Assembly (NCBI RefSeq): GCF_009914755.1
Contig: NC_060929.1
Reading direction: 5' to 3' (one strand)
DNA length: 64,000 nucleotides
Origin: the human T2T-CHM13v2.0 reference genome, Homo sapiens
Shown here: piece by piece, positions 42,651 to 57,053 of the stretch
Numbering within the stretch: the stretch's first letter is position 1
Layout of the letters: each line of letters opens with the position of its first letter
Program-made: the position numbers and the translations under genes
The notes under the pieces: generated by a model
Databases searched by the model: none
What the model was told of the DNA's origin: nothing
Seen by the model: only the letters and a program-made list of their open reading frames with translations

Positions 42651-44474
42651 TTCTCTACCAATATAATTATATGATTTATAAAGTCTATTACTGTTCTGAG
42701 TTTTGTGATTTTGCTTTGGCTGTGCCCAAATTTATCATAAAAATTTTATCCAATGCCATCCTAGGGCAAAGTTTTCCAAATGTAAACTATATGTCAAAAT
42801 AAGGCAGACATAAATCCTGTTTTGTTTCATAACTTCCTAAATAATTTAAACCAAAATATGTATGCTTTTAGAAAGGAGATGAAAATATTGCCATAGTTCA
42901 CTTAGTAATATTTCAAACAGCATTCAATTTACTTTAGCTCTGAGGAAAGAGATCTAAGAATAATAATATAAAATGTAATCCCACTATGTTTTATGCTGGA
43001 CAACAGAAATTCAGGAGAATTAATCTCTACAGTTCAAAATATCACTGTCTATGCTGTCAGCAAGAGTTGTCTTTCCTTCTTTTTATATCTATCCAACTCC
43101 ACCGCCAGAGCCCTGAATCCAAACATAATCCTGCATTTAGTCTATTTTTTTCCCAGCCTTCTCTTACTCGTCCTTTTTACCAGTTCCATTTCCTATGCTG
43201 TCAAAAAAGCATGAGTCTTTCATTTTAAGAAGTCTTGTTTAAATCTTCCAAATCTATTATTGGATCTGGTCTCTCAACTCAACCTCCTTGATATTTTTCT
43301 TTAGCATCTTTAAATCAATCCTGTCACCTCTGCTAGATGAATCTTCCAAAAATGGCATTTTCCTTATGCCACTTCCCTGATTTAAAACTGCTTTGGTACC
43401 ATATCACCTATTGAATCAACTTTAAGATTCTAACTCTCCATTAACTAGATTTAAATTGTTCATCCTTTATACATTTCCACTGTGTCTCAGAATTAAGCCA
43501 TTTGCTCTATTCTCCCAACAAATCTTGCCGGTTTCTACCTCTCACTTCATGTTGCTTTTCCAAATAAGAAAGACCTACCTATTCCTTCCAGAAAAATCCA
43601 GCTCTATCCAGTCATTAAATTCCAGGTTAGGAATTTTCTCTCACGGACATGACTCTTGCAATCCACGCAATCTTCTCTGTCTGAAATTCTACAGCAATTT
43701 TTGTTTAAGAAGCAACATACAAAAGATATATTTTTAGTCAGATGAGTGAACATTAAACTTTTGGTTCATCTGTGCTTTTTGGCATTCTTCAAATCTCAAT
43801 AAATATATAACCATCTTCGGTACCATCTACGATTAAGCCTGAGTTACATGAAATCAATAAAGACATATCTTTCAGCAAGACTGAGTCTATCTTATATATA
43901 AACTATTCTTTTTATGTTTTTAATTGTTTTATATTTCTATTATCTTAATAGCTAAGTACTCTCTTGACACCAGCCCTTATATATAAATTAGGTATAATTG
44001 TAAGATTTCATAAGAAATAAGCTACTTTTGTAATAACCTAGAAAAGGTCTATAGTGCTTAGTAACAAGCCTTTGCAAACACATGCCAGCAGAAATCTTAG
44101 AAATTATAAAGCTATGGGAAATGCATGGAAAAATGTTAAATTTTCTCTTATCCTAAATGAAGTTTTCCTTGAAAACTTTTCTTTATTTTACAACAAGCTA
44201 CTTTAATTTTTTAAATCATATATAATTGTATTAAAGGATTATTATGCTCTGGCTTATACCTCTCTAACTTCAAACTTACAATGTAATCCTGACATGGGAA
44301 AAGTGGGAAGCACAAAGATGAAAGAATGCCAGTAGACTACAAAAGTATGTTAATTTAGAATACGTTCCCTAAAAAATGCCAAGAGTGATCTCACTCACAT
44401 AGAAAAACACATTATCTGTAGCATATGTGAAGTGGAAATTCATTACATGTACTCAGCAATATTTATTTTATGTA

Positions 44475-44815
44475 CAGTCATGCCATGCTTAACGATAGGG
44501 AGACATTCTGTGAAATGCATCGTTAGGCAGTTTCCTCATTGCGCAAACATCATAGAGTTTACTTACAGCAACCTAGATGGTATAGCCGGCTGCAAACCTA
44601 AGCTACATGTATAGCATTTTGCTTCTAGACTACACACCTGTACAGCATGTTACTGTACAGGATACTGTAGGCAACTGGAACACAAGGATAAGTATTTGTT
44701 TATCTAAACATATCTACACATAGAAAAGGTAAAATACTATATTATAATCTTACAGGACTACCATTGTACATGAAGTCTGTCATTGACCAAAACATTTTTA
44801 TGCCGCACATGATTG
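44475..44815. mobile_element. Tigger3a (MER7A-like)
   Basis: Terminal inverted repeats cagtcatg.../...catgattg; TA on the left flank; ~340 bp. Confidence 0.82.
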
Positions 44816-44944
44816 CAATGCTTTTTGAGACATATTGCTAAATATTGCACTTGTAATTTATTGTTCAGAATCTGTTTTCCGCACTAGACTATAAATGGTA
44901 AGAAAGTAGTCATGTCTTTGTTGCTTCTTAGTGTATTCTCACCA

Positions 44945-45628
<684 letters not shown>

Positions 45629-48600
45629 TCATAATGTGTTAAAGTAGCTGTTTCATGCCACAACTAATTATTGTCAGTTTATAACACTAATTAAGACCAT
45701 ATTCTTTTAAAATTCTAGGAAATTTTCTGGAGAAATATTTTTTCTCTTTTATGTTCAATATAGCTGATTTTATTTTTCAATATATTACTATTGTTCACAT
45801 TACTTATACCATGCAGTACAGGTAAATTTTAGTTTCTTAATAGGATATGACACAGTGAAACATGCTTGTTTAAAAGAAAATCGAGATTTGCAATTTTTCT
45901 CATAAAACAAATGACATTTTCCTACTTTATTTTAAATTGAATTACTATTTTCTCTGAATTGACAGGATGTTTTGACATTGTTAAACCTTTTGATGATACA
46001 TACCATGATATTTAAAACAAATATTTTACCAATATTCTTTGAAATAGAGGCATGCTGCTAATATACCCCCCAGCAAAGGCCATCTGCCTCCTCTCTGTTT
46101 TGCAGATGCTTGCTCACTGCGGCACAAGTTCTTTTCAAGAACCAGCCTATTTATCTAAGTTAGTACTTACGGGCAAGACCAAAGCTCTACTGAGTTGAAT
46201 ATTAAATTTAATAGAGCTTGGGAACATCCAGTTTAAATATGATTAAATTAAGAGTTACAGTTAAAGCGCATTTTTGAGAGCATCATTTGGCTCTCCTCTA
46301 CCTGAAGCATTCGTGGTCTATAAAATTGAGATATCGATCTTAATGACAAGAAATGATCATGGATTCTGATAGAATACAAACACAAGATGAGTTTTTCAGC
46401 AGCACAAGAAAGTATGTTTTAAATAGAACTTTTTTTTCCCCCAGAGAATTCTGTAACTGGCCCATGAAATCTAGCCCAACCCTCTTATATCACAAATGGA
46501 CCAACCGAATGACTTTGACAGGTAAAGTGAGGGGCTCAAGGTCTCAGAGTGAAATCAACCAATTATCTTCCCAATATTTTACGTGATCCTCCCTTTATTC
46601 TGAAATTATTTTGTAAGATATGTCCATACTGACTGACTGAACCAGGGTTTACAAATGAACTATCAAAATACCTCACATCTGGCATATAAGGAAAATAATC
46701 AGTAGGGTGGGCTACAATTGCTTAAAATTAATAAGAACAGTGAAATAACTGATGGCATCCAGAAATATTAATGAATCACTTTTCAGCATGGTAACTGCCA
46801 GAAGTATCATTTTATCTTTTTACACTTGTGGGTACGTATTCATTTTTTTTCTTCTGTATTTGTGAGTATGTTTGTTCTAATTACAAATTAAATCATATTA
46901 AAACTGACAATCCCAGAATCCTCTATCCCGAGCCACACCCTCCCTCCTTTGAACCCTTTGGAATAATCCTATCAGTGGTTTGGCATGTAGGGCTGTCTAA
47001 TGTGATTTTAAATGATTCAGACACTTCTCCTTTACAGCTACGTCATGATTGCAAGGGTCTTGAGTACAGTAACTATGTTTTATAAATTATTATAATAGAC
47101 TCTCATCAGAGGTCTAATGCTCAGCAGAATACATTGTGCCTATTAAACAATTAATAGATGCACATTGATTGACTATTAGGATTGTCTCTCTTCATTGGGT
47201 TTGTGAGAGTGAGGCTAATATGTGCCAGGTGCTGAAGGAAAGATTAGAATAGAAGGAATTAGCAATTGGTAATACCTATCATTGATCATGTGTCATAGGG
47301 ACCTCTGAATGAATACAGACATGAAGGGTTCAGGCAGTTTCCAAGCTAGGACTCTATAATGTCTATACAGTCTCTCTGGCCTCACATATCTGCACTGTTT
47401 TTCTGGATTACAGGTCAGAGCACTTTACAGACAATGTCATATTTACCTTTATGGTATTCTCTGACAGTTGAGAAGGGGCTAATGCTTAGCCTATTTCCCT
47501 CTATTGCCACAGGGAAAAATACAAGCAAAGAGCGTCTGAATCATTTATACAGCACCGCACCATAAGGCAATGAAAGAGGCAGGTGCAGGTCTCAGATGGT
47601 TGTCTAAGTCCAAATTCCACGCTCTATCTGCTAGATAATCCTGCCTTCCCTCTCAATAGAATATTTCCCTAGATAGTTCCTGAAACATTTATAGCAGAAG
47701 GCTGCAGAGTGACTGTTATAGAAGTTTGTGGAAAACTTCCAGGCATCTAAAAATGTAAGAAACGGCCACATTTCACTTTGGGTATTCACATTTGAGAAAT
47801 GATGTGTTTTTTTTTCCTTCCCTCAAATATTCAAAAGTTTGATCTAAGGCAAAAGTTTTACTATTCTGCCCTAAACTGAAGGAATGAAAACATCCATGAA
47901 TTTTCATCAGTTTGCTGTAGGCAGAAATTTGCTAGTTTGCAGGAAAATGGCTTAAGAATCGAAGCTGAGATGAAATACTTGAACTTCTTATGTGAACCTA
48001 CGAACCTATATTTTTCTTTATCAGCTGATGTGAAGCTTTGCACAACCCTACATTACTTCAGTATAAAAATGCCTTTTCCTGTCTAAAATGTCACAAAACT
48101 ATTTGGATTTTTAGAACACATTCATAAAAGGATTCTCGTTCCCTTAATTTTGGCATATGCCATCATTTTCCTTTTATTCTTTATCTATTCCCATATTTAA
48201 CAGAAAATCCCTGTAACTAACTTCCTTTAACCTTCACTGTAAGCTACACGTGTGATGAGTGGAAAATGGGATCAAATTGGAGAACTTTTTCTTTCTCAGA
48301 GTGTGAAAAGCATGCAAAGACAGAAATTTGCCTTCTACCTAGCAGGAAACTGTGATCATATTGAACGTAGTAGATGCTACTATGTTCTACTAGGCTCTAG
48401 TAAGTATAGCCATCTGACTCAGTTGCCACAGGAAACATACCCACTGAGTCTGTGTTTTCCTGAATTATCAGCTGCACTGTGGTGATAACATGGCACTCAT
48501 GTAGGCCATTTGGTTGTCAGTTATAATCACCACAGGCAAAGTCACTTATGCAGTGATATGCTTCTCCCACCAATGGCACCAGAAAAATCCATTTGATGAC

Positions 48601-50199
48601 ACTTGGTCTATTTCTTTATCACACCCAGCTGGTGAGTCAGTTTTACCTCTATGGCATGCATCTAATCAAAGTCATTTCTCAAAGATATTTTTACGTCAGA
48701 TCAATAAATATTTTTTGGAGGCATCAATTACCTGAAAGCTGCTATAATATATGCTATAAAAGATTTATGCTAATAATGCCATTAGCAATGTAAACATGAA
48801 TTTATAGATCCATCCAATCACAGGCATCTATTTGTTTAAAAAATTAGTTTGCATTATAAGATGTGTGCTTCCTGTTCAAAGGACTTATGGATGAAGTACT
48901 CAATAATCCTTTCACTAATATTCTTCTGCAAACCATTTTGTAAGCTTTCTTAATTGTTAGAATTTAAAGCCAACTAAAACACTAAACAAAGTGAACATAT
49001 CAGAATGTTGAAGCGATTTCACTACTTTTTGCTTATACATATCTCTACATCACTTTCCAATATAGATCGTGCCTCAGAAATATTCTCTTGTCAGAAGGGC
49101 ATAGTTTTGAGAGGCTTTTCAATAGTAATTCTGTACATCTTCACACTTTCTTGTTAACTAATCTTTCCCGTCTTGTTTTAAGTAAGAAATAATTGAAAGG
49201 TTGCTGAGTGGATTAGGAGTACAGGTTATCATAAGTGAATGAAGGAAAGCCAATTGGTATATATAAGAAGCAAGAAATACTTATGGCTTCATTAGTATTA
49301 CAACTCAGTGTATAGTTTACTTAAACTCCATGAATTGACTTGTGCCAACACACATGTGCTACTGCAGTTTCTCAGAAAAGCAGATGCCAAGACAGGATTA
49401 GATGGGCAATAGATTTATTAGGGAAAATGTCTATGAAGGAAAATTGGGAGAGAACCAGGAAAGCCTTGGAGAGCTCTCAAACAAAGATGCTCATCTGACC
49501 CTTGTGGAGGACAGAGGGAGAGAGGATTGAGTGGAAGAAGGCAGTTCTAAGAAAGTTTGTCAAGGTCAATGGCCAACGGGAAGGACTTGAGCCAAGTGAC
49601 CCATCAGAGGATTCCCCCATCTTCCAGGAATGACCTACCCAGCGGCTGCTGCACTCAGTAAGCAAATGCTGAGGAAAGCAATAAGGAGAGAAGCCTTGGC
49701 ACAATAGTGGTGACGAATTTCAGAGCTCAGCAGCTAGAGTCCTTGCTTAATTATACTCCTGTCAGCTGGAACTCTGAAAGGCACAATTTGATGGTCGCCA
49801 TAGTCTACCTCTTGCAACACGTAAATTTACTTCACAACACAGGGTGTGGGAGTGGCTCCCCCATGGGCCTCTCTCCTTGACAAGAAGCTCAGAAGGAAGA
49901 CGTAGTTTTGATGCAATTGATCTCAGGACCACAGTTGATATTCAAATGCTCTCTTCTCTTATATGCATTCAGAATTCCCTTCACACTCTGTGATCGCCTG
50001 TGCAGGTTGTTAGTGCTATACCCTGTAGTGTGATCCAAACCTTCGTTTCTGGGAGGTCTGTATTCTTGCTAATCATACTCTTCTCAGGCAGGGTTGCTGC
50101 ATATGACCATTGGCATTTAGAATGGGGCAAGTGGGAACTAGGAGGTGCTCACATGAGTCACCAGGATTCCATACATAGTCCTCACCACTTCTATTGTAT

Positions 50200-52320
50200 C
50201 AGAAATAGCCCATTTCCCCATGCTGGTAAAGGTCAATTGCCTCTGCCCAGTATGATGATTTCCCTTCTACCTTGGTGGTTTCTGGGCCCAAGGGGTCCAT
50301 AGTGCCTAGGCAGTAACTGTAACATGTATTTCAAAGGGACCTCTCTGTGTTCCATTGCAAGAGGATGTCCACTTTTCTTACAGGGACCTCCAACTCCGCA
50401 AAACCTAAAGTGGCAGAGTACAGTGGAACAGAATCCCGGAGCAGGTAATTGCTAGTGATGGTAAGTAAGTACATGCCTGCTTCCACTCTGTGGCTCCTGG
50501 ATCCATATATTCTTCCCATGGGGGACACAGCACCACATAAAGGTCTCTGATTTAATGCGTACACTACATTCTAAGGATTGATCCCCATAATTTCAGAGTG
50601 TTGCTTTAAGGCTGACATTTGAATTGGGGTTTTAAAAGCTGTTCCAGAGTTCTGGACAGTTCTAGATGGTGCAGGATGAGACATAGCCATTGGATGCCAT
50701 GGTTGTCTGACCTTTACCTCACCTCTTTCATTGTAAAGGATGCCCACTCATTGGATGTTATGTTGTGTGAGATTCCTTGCCTATGGATCAGGCATTCTGT
50801 GAAGCCCCAGATGTCAGGGTTAGCTGAGATTATGAAGACAGAAAACTCAAGCTTATGTATAGAATAAGCATCTATCCTTGAGAACAAACTACCGGGCTTT
50901 CCATGATAGAAGGGGCCCAATGTAGTCAGCTTGGCAGCAAGTGGCGGTTTGGTCCCCTCAAGGAATAATGCCACACTGGAGTCTCAGTAGTCAGTCATGT
51001 CTCATTGACAGGCCAGGCATTCAGAGACAACAGTAGCTTGATTAGCCTTGGTAGGTAGGTAAGCGTGGTTTGCTGTTGAACCCCTATGTAGACTCTGCCT
51101 TTGCCAACATGGCCACTCTACATGTACCCAACATGCCAAATCTGGAGTGGCTGATAATGAAGGCCGGTTAGTGTCAACCAGCTGAGTTATATTTGTTACT
51201 TTGCTGTTCAGAGTCTTTCTATGGTAGACATTTCTATTGTGCATTAATGTGTAAAACAAAAAATGTTTACAACGTGTGCTGAGTTTCATATGTTCAACAC
51301 CATGATACTACTCTAAACCTCCCAGTCTCTGATATTCAGCCCTTTTCCTTCCAGACCCCTGGCAAAATGTCCAAGCCATTGACCAATGTCCAGGAATATC
51401 AAGGTTATTCTACATTCCACACAAAGTCAATGACCAGGTACACTGCTTATGATTTTATCCATTGAGGTTTCCTCTTTATACAATTTTTCAATAGCTCAAA
51501 TGAAGGAGTATCCATTCTTGGATTGCATCCCGAGACAGGAAATACAAATACCAAGCAAGTTGGCCCTTCCCCCACTCCATCCCCTGTTTCATCTAGTAAT
51601 ACAGGATGCACCATAGGACAATAAGAGTGAGCCAGAGGGAAGGGCATTTGTACAACTCTGGTGAGTGACATGGAGGTCTGGGCTACCTGGTCAGTGGTTT
51701 GCTAATGCTCTCTGGCCCTCCACCAGTTTAATCACAAACATAACATTTTTATCTTAGTATGAACTGCTCCATACCAACAGCATGTGAAACTTTGTGACTT
51801 GGTGAATCTGACAGAATTCAGTTCATAATGGGCAGTTCTGGATGCATTGCTGCTTGGTGTTGCATGTCTAAGCTTTGTGTCTCCACCAGGGCCCCAAAAC
51901 ACAGCAGTAGCTGTTTCTCAGTGGGGTACATTTTCCTGACTCAAGTGACATTGACTTGAATCCCAGGAGCAAGTAGCAAATCTCCCACTAGAGTTTGCCA
52001 TAAGTTCCATACTGCACCTTTTTCACCACTGATACATTCAACACCAAAATGTCCGTGAGATTTTGAAGCACAGGTCTTCGAGTTTTCATACAATTCATCT
52101 CCCACCCCTTGGAGTGCATGTGTCTTCTAGTTTCCAGCATAGTAACCACCTTGTGCATTTCCTGTCCAATCAACATGATGTCATCCATGTAATGGATCAG
52201 TGTGATTCTGTGGAATGCCCCAGCCACATGATGGAGACAGGAGAGTAAACACAGAGTTCACATAGAGCTGAGGCAGAATTGTGGAGGAATATCATTGTCC
52301 ACCCCATGTGAGTACCTAAT
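50200..52320 (-). pseudogene. ERVL pol remnant (RT YMDD motif; integrase-like segments)
   Basis: LIHYMDDIMLIG in ORF 51988..52227; GFTECLIHRQGISHNITS and YALNQRPLCGAVSP resemble ERVL integrase regions; many stops. Confidence 0.8.
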
Positions 52321-52586
52321 TCTGCTCCAATCACATCATGAAAACAACCAACTGCTAATAGTGATATTCCAAACTGAAGGAAAGTAAATGAGTGCTAGAG
52401 TTTGCCAGGAGATATTGAAAGCTGACCCATCTCTGTCCCAGGAAAAGCCTTTTTATTTTAGTATTTCCATATTCAATTAGTTATATTACTTCCTCCATGT
52501 AGGTAGCATGGTGCCATCCCCTCCCCAAAGAGTTTTTTTAATCAAGATTAGCTCATAGGATGGTTTCAGCTGTGCCTTAGCCTATT

Positions 52587-53429
52587 GTCCTCAGATTTTT
52601 GTGATCAAATGTGGAAGGTTTTTCCCATACACCGAGCAATGGACACCAACTGGGTGTCCTCTAATTTAATTCAATTCTGATGCTCTCTCCCTGAACAGGT
52701 TAAGGGTTCAGCCTCTAAGATGGCACCCCCTCAATACCAGTCACAAGTCTGGGCCTCCAGAACTTCTGACTGACTGGCTTCAAGTTGGGGTTCCCATGAT
52801 CAATCCCCAATTCGGGTTCGAATAATCTGTTAGAGAAGTTCACAGAACTCAGGGAAAACTTACTTACATTTATCAGTTTACTACAAAGGATATTACAGAG
52901 GATGCAGATGAAGACACATGTAAGGTGAGGAATGGGAGAAGGTGCACAAGCTTCCATACCCTCCCTGGGTGCACCACCCTCTGGGAACCTCCATGTGTTC
53001 AGCTATCCAGAAGCTCTCTGAACTCTTTCCCTTTAGATTTTTATGGAGGCTTCAGAACATAGGCATGATTGACAACCATGTAGAAACATGATTGGATAAA
53101 ACGGGTATGATCCCCATAGGCTGGACAAAACCAGCAAGGCCTCCTTGTTCAGAGTCTTCTTCATCTCTCTGTGCAGCATTTGTCCTTCCAGAGTATAGAT
53201 AAGGACCCTCTCTGGAATGAGGGCCTTTTGACTCACAATCAAGTTAGGGCCCTGCCTTTGGCTGGTAAAGGGAGGACAGAAGATCAGACAGGGAGATTCT
53301 GTTTCCTGAAGCCTGCTTCTGAGGCCTGAGGCACCCAAACATTATAACGAAAGACTATGACAAGGGCTAAGGGAGATATAAGCCAGGAACCATGGATGAA
53401 AACCATATATATAAAATCATAATATCCCA
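52587..53429 (-). mobile_element. MER21-family solo LTR nested in the ERVL
   Basis: ggacaccaactgggtgtcctctaatt...ccctccctgggtgcaccaccctc...cataatatc. Confidence 0.78.
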
Positions 53430-54285
53430 GCCATCTTCACCATTCCCTGTGGGTCAAGCTCCTTTGTCTGTTCATTTGACTAGAATAATTGTGGCCTCCA
53501 AGTATCTGGTGTTTAAGCTCTACTACCTGGCCTCTGAAGGCTGTGTCAGTTTCTCCTACCATTAGCACTGGGCTGCAGAGGAGGCCTCTACTGAACTTTT
53601 TGATGATGCTGGTGCCCCTCTCACTGGAATGCTGGCGTGGAGAATGATGTGACCTCTTGGCTTCCTATGGAGCATAATCGTCTGCTGGCTCTTCTGGCCT
53701 CACATGATGTATCCACTCCAGCATGCCTGCTTCCCAGCCTCTATTCCTGCCTTTAACATTTCACAAAGCAACTCAGGCTTTCCTACTTCACTTAGTGCTG
53801 GAGGATATCATTTTTTTTTTCAGGCCTCCAAGAGCCACCCCCTCAGCAACTTTGCCCCATCTCCTAAGATCCAACTATGATGTGCCTTATCCTGAGAAAA
53901 TTAATGGCCCCACATCAAAAAATACTTACTTAGATGGTCTTACATTCTGGCCTCTTTGATCAAAAGCCTTTAAAATCACCTTCTAGGGATGTACTCCTGG
54001 CTTAATGATAGCTAATTCTTTCAACTTTTTCAGTGTATGTAGTTTTCTTCCTTCTTTAGAGGGTCCAATGTGGTTATTCTGGTAGTTAACACTAATTTTC
54101 GTGCTGCAGACAGAAGTGGATAAGGGTGCTGCTTTTGGGGGTACCACCTGTTTCCTTAGGGAGGAGTGGCCTCTGCAGGGTGTTTCAGTACAGAGAAAGT
54201 AACAGCTCTCTCTAAGGGACAGTAATCCGCCTCTGGAGCCCAGAGGGTTAATGTGAAATTTCAGAGGCAATATCCTCAGGGCATC

Positions 54286-55330
54286 TGATATGGTTTGGCT
54301 GTGTCCCCACCCAAATCTCATCTTGAACTGTAGCCCCCATAGTCCCCATGTGTCGTAAGAAGGACCCAGTGGGAGGTAACTGAATCATGGGGGCAGCTTT
54401 TTCCTGTGCTGTTCTTGTGATAGTGAATAAGTCTCACAAGATCTGATGATTTTATAAAAGGGCCACTGACAGCTTGCACTGTGTACCTGGAAAAGCCTAA
54501 AACACTCAACACCAGCCCATGAAAGCAGCCAGGAGTGGGGCTGTACCCTGCAAAGCCACAGGCAGGAGCTGCCCAAGGTCATGGAGCCTACTTCTTGCAT
54601 CAGTGTGACCTGGAGGTGAGACATGAAGTCAAATGAGATTTTCAGAGCTTTAAGATTGAATTACTGCTTCGTTGGATTTCAGACTTCCATGGGGTCTGTA
54701 GTTCCTTTGTTTTGGCCAATTTCTCACATTTTGAATGGGTGCATTTATGCAATGCCTCGACCTCTATTGTATCCAGGAAATAACCAGCTGGCTTTTGATT
54801 TTACAGGCTCATAGGCAGAAGGATTTGCCTTGTCTCAGATGAGACTTTAGACTTGGACTTTTGAGTTAATACCGGAATGATTTAAGACTTTGTGGGATTC
54901 TTGGGAAGGCATGATTGTGTTTTGAAATGTGAGGACATGAGATTTGGGGGGGGCAGGGGTAGAATGATATGGTTTGGCTGTGTCCCCACCCAGATCTCAT
55001 CTTGAATTGTAGCTCCCATAATCCCCACATGTAGCAGGAGGGTCCAAGTGGGAGGTAATTGAATCAAGGGGGTGGGGTTTTCCCATGCTGTTCTCATGAT
55101 AGTGAATAAGTCTCATGATATCTCATGGTTTTATAAAAGGGCAGTTCCCCTTCACATGCTCTTTTGTCTCAGCCATGTAAGACATGGCTTTGCTCCTCCT
55201 TCACCTTCTGCCATGACTGTGAGGCCACCCCAGCCATGTGGAAACTGTGAGCCTATTAAACCTCTTTTTCTTTATAAATTACCCAGTCTCAGGTATGTCT
55301 TTATTAGCAGTGTGAGAAGAGACTAATACA
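54286..55330 (+). mobile_element. THE1 (B/C-like) provirus with a large deletion: half 5' LTR 54286-54463, internal 3' part 54464-54964, 3' LTR 54965-55330
   Basis: Perfect TSD gcatc (54281-54285 / 55331-55335); LTR-to-internal fusion at aaaagggc|cactgacagc. Confidence 0.9.
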
Positions 55331-56627
55331 GCATCCATCAAGATACCCAACCCATGTTTCAGAACCTCAGGTTTTCCTAACCAGCACCTTTGCCTTTGCA
55401 TAGCCAAGGAGGGCACTGAGAGATCTTTCAAATGTCTCTGAAGCTTCAAAACACTATTTTAGACCTTTGGCTGTTACACAGCTGTGTCTGCTCCACCACA
55501 TGCAATAAGGGCCTCTTTGTAAGATGCCAAAGCTTGTTAACAGCCATCAGTCTCTTATTATCTCTCTGCAGACCATCAATACAACTTAGAAGTAACAGGC
55601 AAACTTTGCTGTCTTTACATGCACTGTCAACTCAAACCTTCCAAATGCCTAACTCTTTATACGCTACCATAACATTTTTGTGCACCTGGACATTTTCCAG
55701 TCACCACCAGTGACATCCTTAGCAATTAGCATCACCTTATGCAAAGGATATTGTCGCCTCCATCTACGAGACAGGATGATGTCCTTTTCACTCACTGAAC
55801 AGTGAGTAAGCCAGTCCCAAATACCAATTCTATTCTTTTTTTAATGTATATAACTCTTGATATCACTTGTGTTATTTGGATACTCCAAGAAGGAGGTGAT
55901 ATTGAGACAGAATTAGATGTGTAAAAATGTATTAGGGGAAACATTCATGATTGAAACTGGAGAAGGAGCTGGAAGAGGCCAGGAAAGTTGACAAGTCTTA
56001 ATACAGTTCTGACTCTAGTGAGGGAAAAAGGAAGAAAGATAAGTTGGGTGCAAGAGTTGTAGACAACCTGGCCAGTCTAAGAAAGTTTGGCAAGGTTATT
56101 TGTGAGTCTGAAGTCACAGCTGCCTGTCAGAGGAGTTCCCATCTGCCAATGTCAGGGCTGTCTTAGCATTCTTTAGTCCCCACGGCACATTGTAGTGATA
56201 AGTTTCTCTGGCCCTTACACATGGGGAAAAAAGTACACCTTCTTCAACTGTGAATTAAGCTACTAAAGAGAAGTGTTTAGTTTCGCCAAAACTTAAAGAA
56301 CAGGAGAATTTAGTGACCTTCATAGTCTATATCTCTTAAAATTAATAGCTCTGTTCTTTATTTTGCTATGTTTTTGTCATTGCTGAAATTCATATATTTC
56401 ATTGTTCTATAATGTTATTGTTACTAGCTCTTTAAAATCTACAAGAATTTCAGAGAAATTGTTAAATACATAAAATGCTATATGATTAAATTATTATCTC
56501 TAAATTGCTGTGAATCCTAGATGAATTGGTTTAGGGGTAAGAGTGGCTACAAGTTATTTTTTTTTCAGAATGTATGTTTTCAGTTATAAATTAAGTATAA
56601 TCATAGTAATTATTTTGGTAAAATTAA

Positions 56628-57053
<426 letters not shown>

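Larger units (their letters stand above)
49355..56200 (-). mobile_element. Ancient ERVL provirus (LTR16/HERV16-like): 3' LTR 49355-49802, internal, 5' LTR 55868-~56200
   Basis: Two homologous LTRs share agacag(g/a)attagatg, ctaagaaagtttg(t/g)caaggt and tcagagga...ccatct. Polypurine-tract-like sequence lies next to 49802. Minus-strand pol remnants are present. Confidence 0.8.

Noticed and set aside
51988-52227. YMDD reverse transcriptase as part of a retron/DGR-like or domesticated system
   Set aside because: It is a short fragment within a decayed ERVL provirus with many stops and frameshifts.
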